From: TPA_inf: Saccharomyces
Taxonomy: Eukaryota
Direction of reading: 5' to 3'
Assembly (NCBI GenBank): GCA_000146045.2
Contig: BK006949.2
Span: forward strand, 512,001-576,000
DNA length: 64,000 nt
Made by a program: the position numbers and the translations under genes. Positions 45,838-55,268 of the stretch are shown here, in pieces. Every line of letters starts with the position of its first letter. The stretch's first letter is position 1. The notes beneath the pieces are model-generated. The model had not been told where the DNA came from and searched no databases. It saw nothing but the letters and a program-made list of their open reading frames with translations.

Positions 45838-46384
45838 CGCAGTTCCAATTTACAAGAATGCTTCGTTTGCTATTACAATATTGAAATATAAATAAAATTC
45901 CATACAGCATGTCTAATCATAGCTAATTTATACATATTCATCATGAAAACATATAGGGGAAAATATGGTCGGTTAACACACCTATCAAAAAATTATTCAG
46001 CAATTCCAATCTCGTTAGTAAAATATATTCTTATTTTTTTTTTTTTTCTCTGATTGTATTATTTCTGGAGTTTTGACTTATTTTTTTACCACATCGCGCT
46101 TTTCGTCCCCAATCTCTCTGATATATGATGCTGTCTATAGGTAGCCACTTCCCCGATGTCGGACCTCGGGCCGTTTACAAACTTTATTGAGATGACCTTA
46201 TTTCTCCACATTCTAGTCATTCAACTTTTACCCTCATATGTTTACCTTCACTAATGTGAAAGCATGACCAAAGAAAGTGTATAAGGTATATAAATCTGCC
46301 ATAATGTATGTATAACTTATTAGGACTTTCTCAAATAGTATTTTGGTATTTTCTACTGTTCTCTGATGATCGAGAGCAAACAGA

Positions 46385-47935
46385 ATGTTTTTAGCCAAAA
46401 ATCTAAAAAATAATAAAATCAAGGTATGCTTGCCTAAAAAGAAATTTGCTGCGCTGAGTACAGCGTCTATACAAACTAATGAAAGACCAAATCCAGATAA
46501 GGTTTTGAAGGACATCGCGAAATATGTCCATGAAACCCCATTAAAATCATCTTTGGCTCTAGATACAGCACGACTCTGTTTCCTTGATACTCTAGGCTGT
46601 GGCTTGGCGGCTTTGAAATTTAAGCAGGCTCAAAATATTATTAAACCAATTGTGCCAGGAACAATAGTTCCCAGTGGAACAAAAATATTGGGCACATCTT
46701 ACGTTATGGATCCAGTGAAGGGAGCTTTTGCCATTGGTACTCTAATACGTTGGTTAGATTACAATGACTGCTGGTTAGCTGCCGAGTGGGGGCACCCATC
46801 AGATAACCTTGGGGGAATTTTAGCTGTCGCGGATCACTTGTCCAGATTAAACAAGGCTACCCACGGAAAGAATGGAAAACAGTTTCTTGTTAAAGACGTA
46901 TTAGAGGCAATGATTAAAGCGCATGAAATCCAAGGTATTATAGCGCTCGAAAATTCTTTCAATAAAGTAGGTTTAGATCATGTGGTACTCGTGAAAGTAG
47001 CAACGGCTGGTGTTGTCTCGAAGATGCTGGGCCTGAGCCAGGAACAAACTATTGAAGCATTGTCACAAGCATTTGTAGACGGTCAATCACTGCGTACTTA
47101 CCGTCATGCCCCAAATACTGGATCTAGAAAGTCGTGGGCGGCGGGAGATGCAGTTTCGAGGGCTGTAAACTTGGCTTATTTAGTCAAAAATGCTAATGTT
47201 GGCACGATACCTTCAGTATTAACAGCTAGAACCTGGGGATTTTATGACGTTTTATTTAAGGGTAAACCTTTTTCATTCCAACAAAGATCAAAATATGATT
47301 CCTACGTCATGGAAAACGTTCTGTTCAAGATATCATTTCCTGCCGAATTCCATGCGCAAACTGCTGTAGAAGCTGCTGTAAAAGCATATAGGATTCTTGC
47401 CAAACAAGGGAAAACTTTTAAAGATATTAAATCGATCAGAATTAGAACTCAAGAGGCGGCAATGAGGATTATAGATAAATCCGGTCCTCTGTATAATTAT
47501 GCCGATAGGGATCATTGTATCCAGTACATGATCGCGGTTCCGCTGATTACTGGTAATCTCACAGCTACTGATTATTCGGATGAGGTCGCAAGAAATCCTG
47601 AGATCGATAACTTGAGATCGAAAATGTACTGTATCGAAGATACTCATCTCACTCAAAACTATCACGATCCTGATAAAAGGTCGATAGGAAACGCTCTTCT
47701 CATAGAGCTGAACGATGGGACGCAGTTGGATGAAATTTTTGTAGAGTACCCTGTTGGTCACAAATTTAGACGAGAGGAAGGAATACCATTACTAATGAAT
47801 AAATTTCAAAGGCATCTGCGCGAACATTTTGTAGAGAGCCCTGATAAAGTCGACCTTATAATGAAGGTAAGTTCAAAAACAAACTTTTTGAATATGCAAA
47901 TCGACAAATACATGGATTTGTTTACTGAGGGATGA
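46385..47935 (+). CDS. PDH1: Mitochondrial 2-methylcitrate dehydratase Pdh1, 516 aa, PrpD/MmgE family.
   Basis: It has the PrpD/MmgE fold. The length is 516 aa. It lies next to CIT3. Confidence 0.92.
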   Translation: MFLAKNLKNNKIKVCLPKKKFAALSTASIQTNERPNPDKVLKDIAKYVHETPLKSSLALDTARLCFLDTLGCGLAALKFKQAQNIIKPIVPGTIVPSGTKILGTSYVMDPVKGAFAIGTLIRWLDYNDCWLAAEWGHPSDNLGGILAVADHLSRLNKATHGKNGKQFLVKDVLEAMIKAHEIQGIIALENSFNKVGLDHVVLVKVATAGVVSKMLGLSQEQTIEALSQAFVDGQSLRTYRHAPNTGSRKSWAAGDAVSRAVNLAYLVKNANVGTIPSVLTARTWGFYDVLFKGKPFSFQQRSKYDSYVMENVLFKISFPAEFHAQTAVEAAVKAYRILAKQGKTFKDIKSIRIRTQEAAMRIIDKSGPLYNYADRDHCIQYMIAVPLITGNLTATDYSDEVARNPEIDNLRSKMYCIEDTHLTQNYHDPDKRSIGNALLIELNDGTQLDEIFVEYPVGHKFRREEGIPLLMNKFQRHLREHFVESPDKVDLIMKVSSKTNFLNMQIDKYMDLFTEG

Positions 47936-48197
47936 ATGGTTGGCTCTTTAAGAGCGAACGGCATGGTACCTACTTCAATTTTTAAAGACAAAAGGCGCCG
48001 TTTCGATAAACAAGAAATCACTTTCAAAACATAATTAAACCAAAGAACATGCGGTTTTCTAATTATGCTGGCTTAATTTTACTGGTATTTATCTACATAA
48101 TAATAACTATTAAAAAATTAAATAATTGGCTCTATTTATTTTTCTTTCTTCAACTTGCAAGAGTTCGTCAATTCATGGAAAAATACAAAAATAGAAA

Positions 48198-48289
48198 TGC
48201 GAATTCTGTGGATCGAACACAGGACCTCCAGATAACTTGACCGAAGTTTTTTCTTCAGTCTGGCGCTCTCCCAACTGAGCTAAATCCGC
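48198..48289 (-). tRNA. tF(GAA): tRNA-Phe (GAA) with a 19-nt intron after anticodon-loop position 37. The mature body on the minus strand is GCGGATTTAGCTCAGTTGGGAGAGCGCCAGACTGAAGA[intron]TCTGGAGGTCCTGTGTTCGATCCACAGAATTCGCA.
   Basis: The exon sequence is identical to yeast tRNA-Phe. The A box reads TAGCTCAGTTGGGA and the B box GGTTCGATCC. A T-run terminator follows on the minus strand. Confidence 0.95.
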
Positions 48290-48372
48290 TCAATTTCTAT
48301 GCTCTAACCACCTTAGCTAAAAACTCAATACAGGATTAGTTGATAAATGGGTGTTATCAACTCAATCCACAG

Positions 48373-48419
48373 TGTTGGAATCAGAGTCAGTTATCATCTT
48401 TGGGCTAGTATTATTGTAA
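48373..48419 (+). mobile_element. A 47-bp 5' fragment of a delta-like (Ty1/Ty2) LTR, TGTTGGAATCAGAGTCAGTTATCATC....
   Basis: It starts with the LTR terminal TGTTGGAAT and aligns to the first approximately 47 bp of delta. It is truncated by the next element. Confidence 0.6.
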
Positions 48420-49160
48420 GTGTTGGAATAAAAATTCTAAAATATCATCCATTTAGTAGTGTTCATATTACTAATATATCTGTTGGAATAAAAATCCACT
48501 ATCGTCTATCAACTAATAGTTATATTATCAATATATTATCATATACGGTGTTAAGATGATGACATAAGTTATGAGAAGCTGTCATCGAGGTTAGAGGAAG
48601 CTGAAGTGCAAGGATTGATAATGTAATAGGATAATGAAACATATAAAACGGAATGAGGAATATTCGTAATATTAGTATGTAGAAATATAGATTCCATTTT
48701 GAGGATTCCTATATCCTCGAGGAGAACTTCTAGTATATTCTGTATACCTAATATTATAGCCTTCATCAACAATGGAATCCCAACAATTATCTCAACATTC
48801 ACCCATTTCTCAATATCATCACGTGCGGTCTAAGAAGATGATATGAAGATTGAGAATAGTCATCAGGTGTAATGGAAGCTAATTGCAAGGATTGGTAATT
48901 TAGTAGGATGATGAATGACAGTCACATAAGATGAAAAGGAAAACAATAATGCCATTATATCGAGAATATCGATCTCTTCGTGGATTCTTCTCATAGAGAA
49001 ATTCTAGTATAATATATATACGAAATATTATGGCCTTTAACAACAATAAAATTCCAACAATTATCAACTAATTCGAACATCTCTTGACAATATACATTAT
49101 TAATTTTTACATTTCGACTTTCTTTGAATTAGGGACTGTCTCTCAATTCATCTCTTTCTC
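48420..49160 (+). mobile_element. An older diverged copia-type solo LTR, most likely Ty4 tau given its length of about 400 bp. It is split into 48420-48477 and 48813-about 49160 by the delta insertion. It begins TGTTGGAATAAAAATTC and ends ...CATCTCTTTCTCA.
   Basis: The sequence is continuous across the delta insertion when 48477 is joined to 48813. It is related to delta at roughly 70-75 percent identity. The terminal TGTTGG...TCTCA structure is present. The end coordinate is uncertain by about 20 bp. Confidence 0.65.
48478..48812 (+). mobile_element. Solo delta (Ty1/Ty2 LTR), 335 bp, TGTTGGAATAAAAATCCACTATCG...CACCCATTTCTCA, flanked by a 5-bp target-site duplication ATATC (48473-48477 and 48813-48817).
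   Basis: It is a full-length match to the delta consensus with TG...CA termini and a perfect 5-bp TSD. The dubious antisense ORF 48569-48802 lies inside it. Confidence 0.9.
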
Positions 49161-49503
49161 ATACAGAATATCACTTATCCTATATAACTTATATAAGATT
49201 AGAATCTAACTAGAGCGAGGAGAGCGGAAACTCGGATCAAAAGTGATTGTTTAAGTGTTTGTGCGTTTGTGCGGCTCATTAAGACAATAAGGTTTTGCTT
49301 TTGTATTCAATTTTGTGGGTTTTATAACGTATAAATGCGCTTCTTGAAAGCTTGTTAACGATTTTATCGTAAAGAAATAAATAAACTAAAGAATTGAGGA
49401 GACAATACTGTTTTGATAAATAAGCCCCAAAAATATTATAGGGCCGCAAGGAATAAATTTCATAATGCGCATATGCCCAGACTCCTCTGTTTCTTTCGAA
49501 GTT

Positions 49504-51768
49504 TTACACTAGACTTGAATTAAATAAAGTATTGGACATAAAACTCTCCGAATCATTGTTCGGGACGTTGTTCCCTTTAATTTTCATTTTCTCAATTTCA
49601 TAAAGAGCCGCATCAATGCTATCGAAGTACGGAGAATATGTCTCTCCTGCATCACTAAATGTGTTGCTAGTATTATTTTCGTTGTTATTTGCTTGCGCTC
49701 TTTCCACACTAGCAGCTACACCTGCTTTGAATAATCGCCTTCTTACTTTGTCATTTATAGATACATTGACAAGGTAAATAAAGACATTGCGCCTCTTGTA
49801 ACTAGTGATAATTTCCTCCAGCACTTGGGCGGCTGAAGAATCTATTGAGGTCATCCCACCTAAATCGAAAATGACATATTTTATGGAATCCTTCGAGCGA
49901 AGTGATTTCCTTCCAGGATGTATCTTAGACGAACCGTACCTCTCTATTCTGTCAAGTCTCTGTTTTAAATCTTCGCTGTTTGTAAATGTGAGAGGCTCAG
50001 GTATTCTAACAATCATGCATCCCTCGATTTCTTCTGTGCCCTCAACATCCAGAGAGTTCCTTTTCATGTTCATCATGTAGTCGTCAAGATTCGTAAAGTT
50101 CGACGTTCCCGCTACCCTAGCCAGAATTTGGATTCTTGACTTTGCTGAATGCTTTATAATATTTATAATTGAATAGACACATCCGATGCATATTCCTGCT
50201 TCGATTGAGTAAAATATTGTAGTGCAGAAGGTAACAGCAAAAACAAATAGTTCACTAAAGCCACCACATCGCAAATGGAACTTTATGTCGCCTGGCACTT
50301 CCTCTAATAAACTAATTCCGATGATGGTTGTTATGACGGATAAAACACAATTAGGAATATAATGTACGAATTGAAGAAGTAAATTCATTGTGATTAGGGT
50401 GATGACACCCATAAACACTCCCGACATTACGCTTTGTGCTCCTGATAGGGCGTTGATCTTGGATCTTCCATATCCGCCGAATGCGGGAAGAGCACCGAAT
50501 AATGAGATGACAATATTCATGAATCCTAAAGCTACTAGTTCTCTATTAGAGGAAACGGTAAGATTGTAAGTTGTTCCAAGAGATTTCGACGCGGTCGTAG
50601 ATTCAAAAAAACCCAACATTGCCACTATTAGAGATGCACTAAAAAGATCTGGTATTAGCTTACGTCTAGGACGAGTTAAAGGGTTTTTCAATTCATCAAA
50701 ATTGTCCATGCTAAAGTCGCCAATGATAGAAATACCATATCTGTGTTTTAAATTAAATTTCATGGAAATAAGAATAGTAACAATTACCACCAATAATATA
50801 TCTGGAAAAAATATTGCGCTCTTGTGATATTTCATTAATTTCCTCTTTAGTAGACGCGTTAAAAAGAGGACAATCAAGCAACATCCGCTGAATATTGCCG
50901 TTGGTATATGGTATTGTGCTGGTGCATAATCAATGAGGAAAAGTATTTTCTCGAAAGGGGTATGGTAGTGTTGAGGCAAGCTTACTAAAAATTTGTCTAG
51001 CTTTAATTCAGAAATCAAAGAGTTGATTATCATAACCAGTCCTACTGAACTTATGAAACCTCGTAGAAGTGCCTTGCTAAGAACATTTCCAAGGAAACCA
51101 AATCTGGAAATACCAGAAAAAAGTAGGATAGTGCCACTAACAAATGTTATTACTGTTGAAATATCAATTAGAGAAACATTTTCTTTATGTAGTGTTATAG
51201 ATTCGACTGCTTGTCCCACGACCAAGGAAATTGCACTTTCGGGCCCAACTATCATCTGAGGAACAGAACCTAAAATACCATAGACAAATGGGCTAATAGC
51301 CAAAGAATATAGTCCGCATAAAGGTGGGACATGTGCAATTGAAGTTGTGTACGATAGCGCAAGTGGTATCTGAAATGACGCTACTGAGATACCTGCGATT
51401 ACGTCGCCCCACAGTTTATTGAAAGTGTACTCAGGAAGCCATGAAAAGCAGGGCAGGTAATAAGGTAAAGTTTCAAACACTGTATTCTCATCAACGCTAT
51501 CATTATTGTTCGTATTACTTGTATTACTTGTATTATTTGTATTATTTGTATTATTGGTGCATCCTGATCTTGAGTTGTTGGGTGGGGGTACCCCAGTAGT
51601 TGAATTAGATGCTGCAATATAGGTCCTGCCTCGATTGGATGAATCCTTATCATAATCAAAATTGTCCGAGAAAGTGTCACGCTGGTCGACTGATCTTTTG
51701 AATCTTGGTGGAGCGGTAGAGGAATATGACATCCTTCCACGCCCCAATAACGAATTATTTGATGTCAT
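49504..51768 (-). CDS. Putative SulP/SLC26-family anion (sulfate) transporter YPR003C, 754 aa, with a C-terminal STAS domain.
   Basis: Its multi-TM core resembles Sul1/Sul2. The C-terminus carries a STAS domain. The N-terminus is N/S-rich. The length is 754 aa. Confidence 0.88.
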   Translation of the reverse strand: MTSNNSLLGRGRMSYSSTAPPRFKRSVDQRDTFSDNFDYDKDSSNRGRTYIAASNSTTGVPPPNNSRSGCTNNTNNTNNTSNTSNTNNNDSVDENTVFETLPYYLPCFSWLPEYTFNKLWGDVIAGISVASFQIPLALSYTTSIAHVPPLCGLYSLAISPFVYGILGSVPQMIVGPESAISLVVGQAVESITLHKENVSLIDISTVITFVSGTILLFSGISRFGFLGNVLSKALLRGFISSVGLVMIINSLISELKLDKFLVSLPQHYHTPFEKILFLIDYAPAQYHIPTAIFSGCCLIVLFLTRLLKRKLMKYHKSAIFFPDILLVVIVTILISMKFNLKHRYGISIIGDFSMDNFDELKNPLTRPRRKLIPDLFSASLIVAMLGFFESTTASKSLGTTYNLTVSSNRELVALGFMNIVISLFGALPAFGGYGRSKINALSGAQSVMSGVFMGVITLITMNLLLQFVHYIPNCVLSVITTIIGISLLEEVPGDIKFHLRCGGFSELFVFAVTFCTTIFYSIEAGICIGCVYSIINIIKHSAKSRIQILARVAGTSNFTNLDDYMMNMKRNSLDVEGTEEIEGCMIVRIPEPLTFTNSEDLKQRLDRIERYGSSKIHPGRKSLRSKDSIKYVIFDLGGMTSIDSSAAQVLEEIITSYKRRNVFIYLVNVSINDKVRRRLFKAGVAASVERAQANNNENNTSNTFSDAGETYSPYFDSIDAALYEIEKMKIKGNNVPNNDSESFMSNTLFNSSLV

Positions 51769-52006
51769 CCTATAATTGTTTCCGTAAGTTCTTGGAAATC
51801 ACTAGGAAGTTTGTGGAGTTATTGTTCTCCTCATATTCTCCCATCTGGAAGAACTCTATTATTCCTTTGCCATTTCTCGTAGTCTTTTATATTTAGTCCG
51901 CTTTACACCGAAAAGGTCATTTTTAAAAAGGCAAGAGAACTAGGAAAAGTAAAACGTGCCCCCTTCAAAGCGAAGAGATGAATATATTTAGAAGTTAAGA
52001 ATTTAT

Positions 52007-53041
52007 TTATTTATATTTACCAAGTTTTTCAGTTAGTTCAGGGACTATTTTGTAAAGATCCCCTTGCAACCCATAGTCAGCGACATTAAATATAGGGGCA
52101 TCAGGATCATTGTTAATGGCAACGATAACTTTCGAATCCTTCATTCCCGCTAAATGCTGAACTGCACCAGAAACGCCAATGGCTATATACAAATTTGGTG
52201 CGACTACCTTACCAGTCTGACCGATTTGTAGAGAATTATCACATAGTCCATTATCAACAGAAGCTCTTGTGGCACCTATAGCAGCGTGCAAAACATCTGC
52301 TAGCGGCGATAATAGCTTCTCAAATGTCTCCTTATCCTTGAGTGCCCTTCCACCAGTTACCACGTTCTGTGCAGAAGTAAGTTCAGGCCTTTCACTCTTG
52401 GTAAGAATAGTTTTAACCCAGGTAACATTTAAGTCACAAGGAGGAATATCAGTTCTCTTCTCAATGGTAACAGAATCCATACTACCCTCTGCAATTGGTG
52501 GAAAAGCTGATGCCCTAATAATCAACAGTTTTTTTTCTGCCTGGCATTCTATTGTAGAAATAATGTTACCTGCATAAATTGGCCTTATAAAGGTCTTAGG
52601 ATCTTTGATTACAGTAACCTCACAAACAGGTTGGACGTCCAAGAGCGCACCCACCCGAGGTAAAACACTTTTTCCAACAGAGGAGTTTGAGACAACAAAA
52701 TGTGAATAGTCGCCGCCTTTTAATAGTTTCACTAATAACGGAGTTAGTTGTTCGGGAAGACAGGTATCTAATTTTGAATCTTCAAATATGACAAGCTTTT
52801 CTAAATTGCTGCATGAATATGAAGATTTTAGCGCCTCAGCAGTTTTTTCAGCTTTGCTACCTGTGATTACAGCTGTGATAGGGTTAGACAACTTTTGTGC
52901 AGCAGCCAATAAACTCAATGATGACCTTGAAACAGAGCCATCTTTTGAGCTTTCAATGAAAGCTAAAGTGGAGGCGTAATTTTTCTGGAGGAACTTTGCC
53001 TTGCTAGCTCTAGGCAAGACAGCAGCCAATGATTTAAACAT
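52007..53041 (-). CDS. AIM45: Mitochondrial electron-transfer flavoprotein alpha subunit Aim45, 344 aa from the internal ATG (MFKSLAAVLPR).
   Basis: It has the ETF-alpha FAD-binding C-terminal domain (NNDPDAPIFNVADYGLQGDLYKIVPEL). The length is 344 aa after trimming four codons. Confidence 0.9.
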   Translation of the reverse strand: MFKSLAAVLPRASKAKFLQKNYASTLAFIESSKDGSVSRSSLSLLAAAQKLSNPITAVITGSKAEKTAEALKSSYSCSNLEKLVIFEDSKLDTCLPEQLTPLLVKLLKGGDYSHFVVSNSSVGKSVLPRVGALLDVQPVCEVTVIKDPKTFIRPIYAGNIISTIECQAEKKLLIIRASAFPPIAEGSMDSVTIEKRTDIPPCDLNVTWVKTILTKSERPELTSAQNVVTGGRALKDKETFEKLLSPLADVLHAAIGATRASVDNGLCDNSLQIGQTGKVVAPNLYIAIGVSGAVQHLAGMKDSKVIVAINNDPDAPIFNVADYGLQGDLYKIVPELTEKLGKYK

Positions 53042-53786
53042 AGAAATTAACAATTAGCTGCTTTACCGTTAATGGTAGTAAATTATATCACTAGATTTTG
53101 TTTGTTGATTATTTTAATTGTTTTTAATTTTTAGTTAGTAGATTTTCGTTCGAGGCCCTAAAAATGTACCGAAAAGTCATAATAAACGGGCGGAGTCACA
53201 TCGTAAGAGTAACATATACAATATGCGAGCAGACTTTGTCCATTAAGCCAAGTAACAACAAAAGAACCAAAAAAAGGAAAGTATCTCGTCTCTGTTGAGT
53301 AATTCTTATATCTTGCAAGATTTAATTCTCACTACTAATACGGAACTCAATCAAAGTGGCTTAATCCCAAGACATGCATTGAATACGGTATCATTGGCTG
53401 TTGACAGTTTAAGAAAAGTAGTTGTCACGTTCCTGAGGTTACTGGGGACAAGGGAAAGTAGATACTCGTCTTACGAAATTGGATATAGTTACTCTCTAAT
53501 GCTCAATCCATGTAAAGCATGAATCATCTCAACAGAAAAATCTGGGAGAGCATATTTGCAACAAAAGAATCCAAATATCAGTATATAATTATATAAGTGA
53601 GCTAAGAAGTGAACAAAAGAAAAGGAAGAGGGGAAAAATTTTGGCTGGACTTGTAGAACGATAGAACGAAAGAGTCCAAGGGGGAAGTAATAAAGTTATT
53701 GAACGAAACAACAAAAATTCGATGGAGATATTAACAAATGCATAGCAGCGCAGCTAACCGACCCGAAGCTAGTACCAACGAATTTT

Positions 53787-54671
53787 TCAACTATTCTGTG
53801 TTGATTGTCTCCTTTGCAACACCGAGCTCTTCAGTATTCTCAGCTGAAAGTTATTATTGAAATCACGTTGGGGACTTTCATGATCTAGTGGTCTTGGTGA
53901 GTAGCATTTAATATTTTGACCATTGAAAGGGCATCTCTCAATTGGAGAAAGGCCACTCTTAGGGATAGGCGTTTTAACAATCTGTTTATGGGATGAATGA
54001 TATATTTTTGAGGATGGATTCACGATACTGATATGTTTCCCGTCCGCATTATTCGGATATGTAGTGCCTTCTTTCGATAAAATAGATGCCAATCCTGGCG
54101 TATGCTTTGTTTCGATGACGGAGCTTACCAATTTTTCACTTCGTATTTTCGATGAGTTCTTATTTTTACATTTGACGTTCAATATTCCGACATACGTCTC
54201 TCTTTCTGAAATGTTGGAACTCTGTGGCCTTGGATTTGGTGTTTTTTCACCCGAAAAATTGTTGATAACTGCACTTTTCTTTGAGGTACTACTATTTATA
54301 TCTTCCTGCTCTTTTGTTCCCCGCTTAAGATGTTTTGGATGGCAAGTTTCAATAAACTGCGGTTTTATTCCTGCTTCTGAAGAGGTGCCCGAGATGTGAA
54401 CCTCATTTCCACCACTACCAGTATAAGTAAAGTAGTCCGTACCTTCTTTTCCAAAGTCATTTGAGGAATATACCAAAAAAACACCTTCCTTTACTTGAAA
54501 GCGATCCACGAATGGGAAAGTATCCCCTTCCGAAGTCACATCTGAGGGAACAAATTTTAAAACATATGAGATGTTGTTTTCATCCACGGCATCATAAAAT
54601 TTACAGCAATTATTCTCATACATCAAGTTTTTGAGAGTGTAGTCATGCAATCCTAAATCTTTGAAATGCAT
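53787..54671 (-). CDS. HAL1: Halotolerance protein Hal1, 294 aa.
   Basis: The length is 294 aa. It lies between AIM45 and ICL2. A CRE-like TTACGTAA sits in the upstream region. Confidence 0.85.
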   Translation of the reverse strand: MHFKDLGLHDYTLKNLMYENNCCKFYDAVDENNISYVLKFVPSDVTSEGDTFPFVDRFQVKEGVFLVYSSNDFGKEGTDYFTYTGSGGNEVHISGTSSEAGIKPQFIETCHPKHLKRGTKEQEDINSSTSKKSAVINNFSGEKTPNPRPQSSNISERETYVGILNVKCKNKNSSKIRSEKLVSSVIETKHTPGLASILSKEGTTYPNNADGKHISIVNPSSKIYHSSHKQIVKTPIPKSGLSPIERCPFNGQNIKCYSPRPLDHESPQRDFNNNFQLRILKSSVLQRRQSTQNS

Positions 54672-54885
54672 CTGATCTATTTGTTTCTGTATTTCTCTTT
54701 TCTTGAGTTATATAAACGGAATGATTAGTAGTTTGGCAGAATTTATAGCAAGTATTAAATAGTTGAATACCTCAATATTCTCCATAATAAACGCCATATC
54801 GTACATAAAGGCTAAAACAAGAATGCCTGATACCGTTCTGCTTTTTGTTTTATCTTTCCCTATATTTTCTTTCCCTTTTGATGCT

Positions 54886-54893
54886 TTACGTAA
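54886..54893. promoter_or_regulatory. CRE / ATF-CREB site TTACGTAA about 215 bp upstream of the HAL1 ATG. It is a candidate Sko1 repressor site.
   Basis: A perfect palindromic TTACGTAA lies in the HAL1 5' region. HAL1 is an established osmostress gene regulated through a CRE. Confidence 0.55.
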
Positions 54894-55268
54894 TTTTTCC
54901 CGGCATATGTGAGCTTCCTAATAGACTCTATTTTTATTTTTCCCTTTCAAAGTGCGAGAGAAATACACACAACCAGCCTACGCTTATTTTCACCCATACC
55001 GTCATACGCCATATGATATATAATGTGAAACAAACGCGGGGAAGAGCGCGACACGACAGCTTAGCAGGGGCATTCCACGCAACACCTGAAACTTTAAGTA
55101 AAACTGTTTCTGCGAGGATATCTTGGCAAAACAAACACTAACTTTCGAACTAAATATAGTGATCGTGGTCATAAATTAATAAAAAGAGGATAAATAGAGA
55201 TAAAAGAGATATGTGACTAAGTTGCTGGCAATATGTATTATTTATACTTTTATCTTCTTGAAGCGTAT

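Noticed and set aside
48569-48802. A 77-aa minus-strand ORF entirely inside the delta LTR.
   Set aside because: It is an LTR-internal chance ORF and corresponds to the kind of dubious ORF annotated inside solo deltas. It is not a protein-coding gene.
53054-53786. A possible ARS in the AIM45-HAL1 intergenic region or elsewhere in the window.
   Set aside because: I could not find a convincing 11-bp ACS match (WTTTAYRTTTW) with a flanking B1 element by eye. I cannot run a position-weight scan, so no ARS is called.
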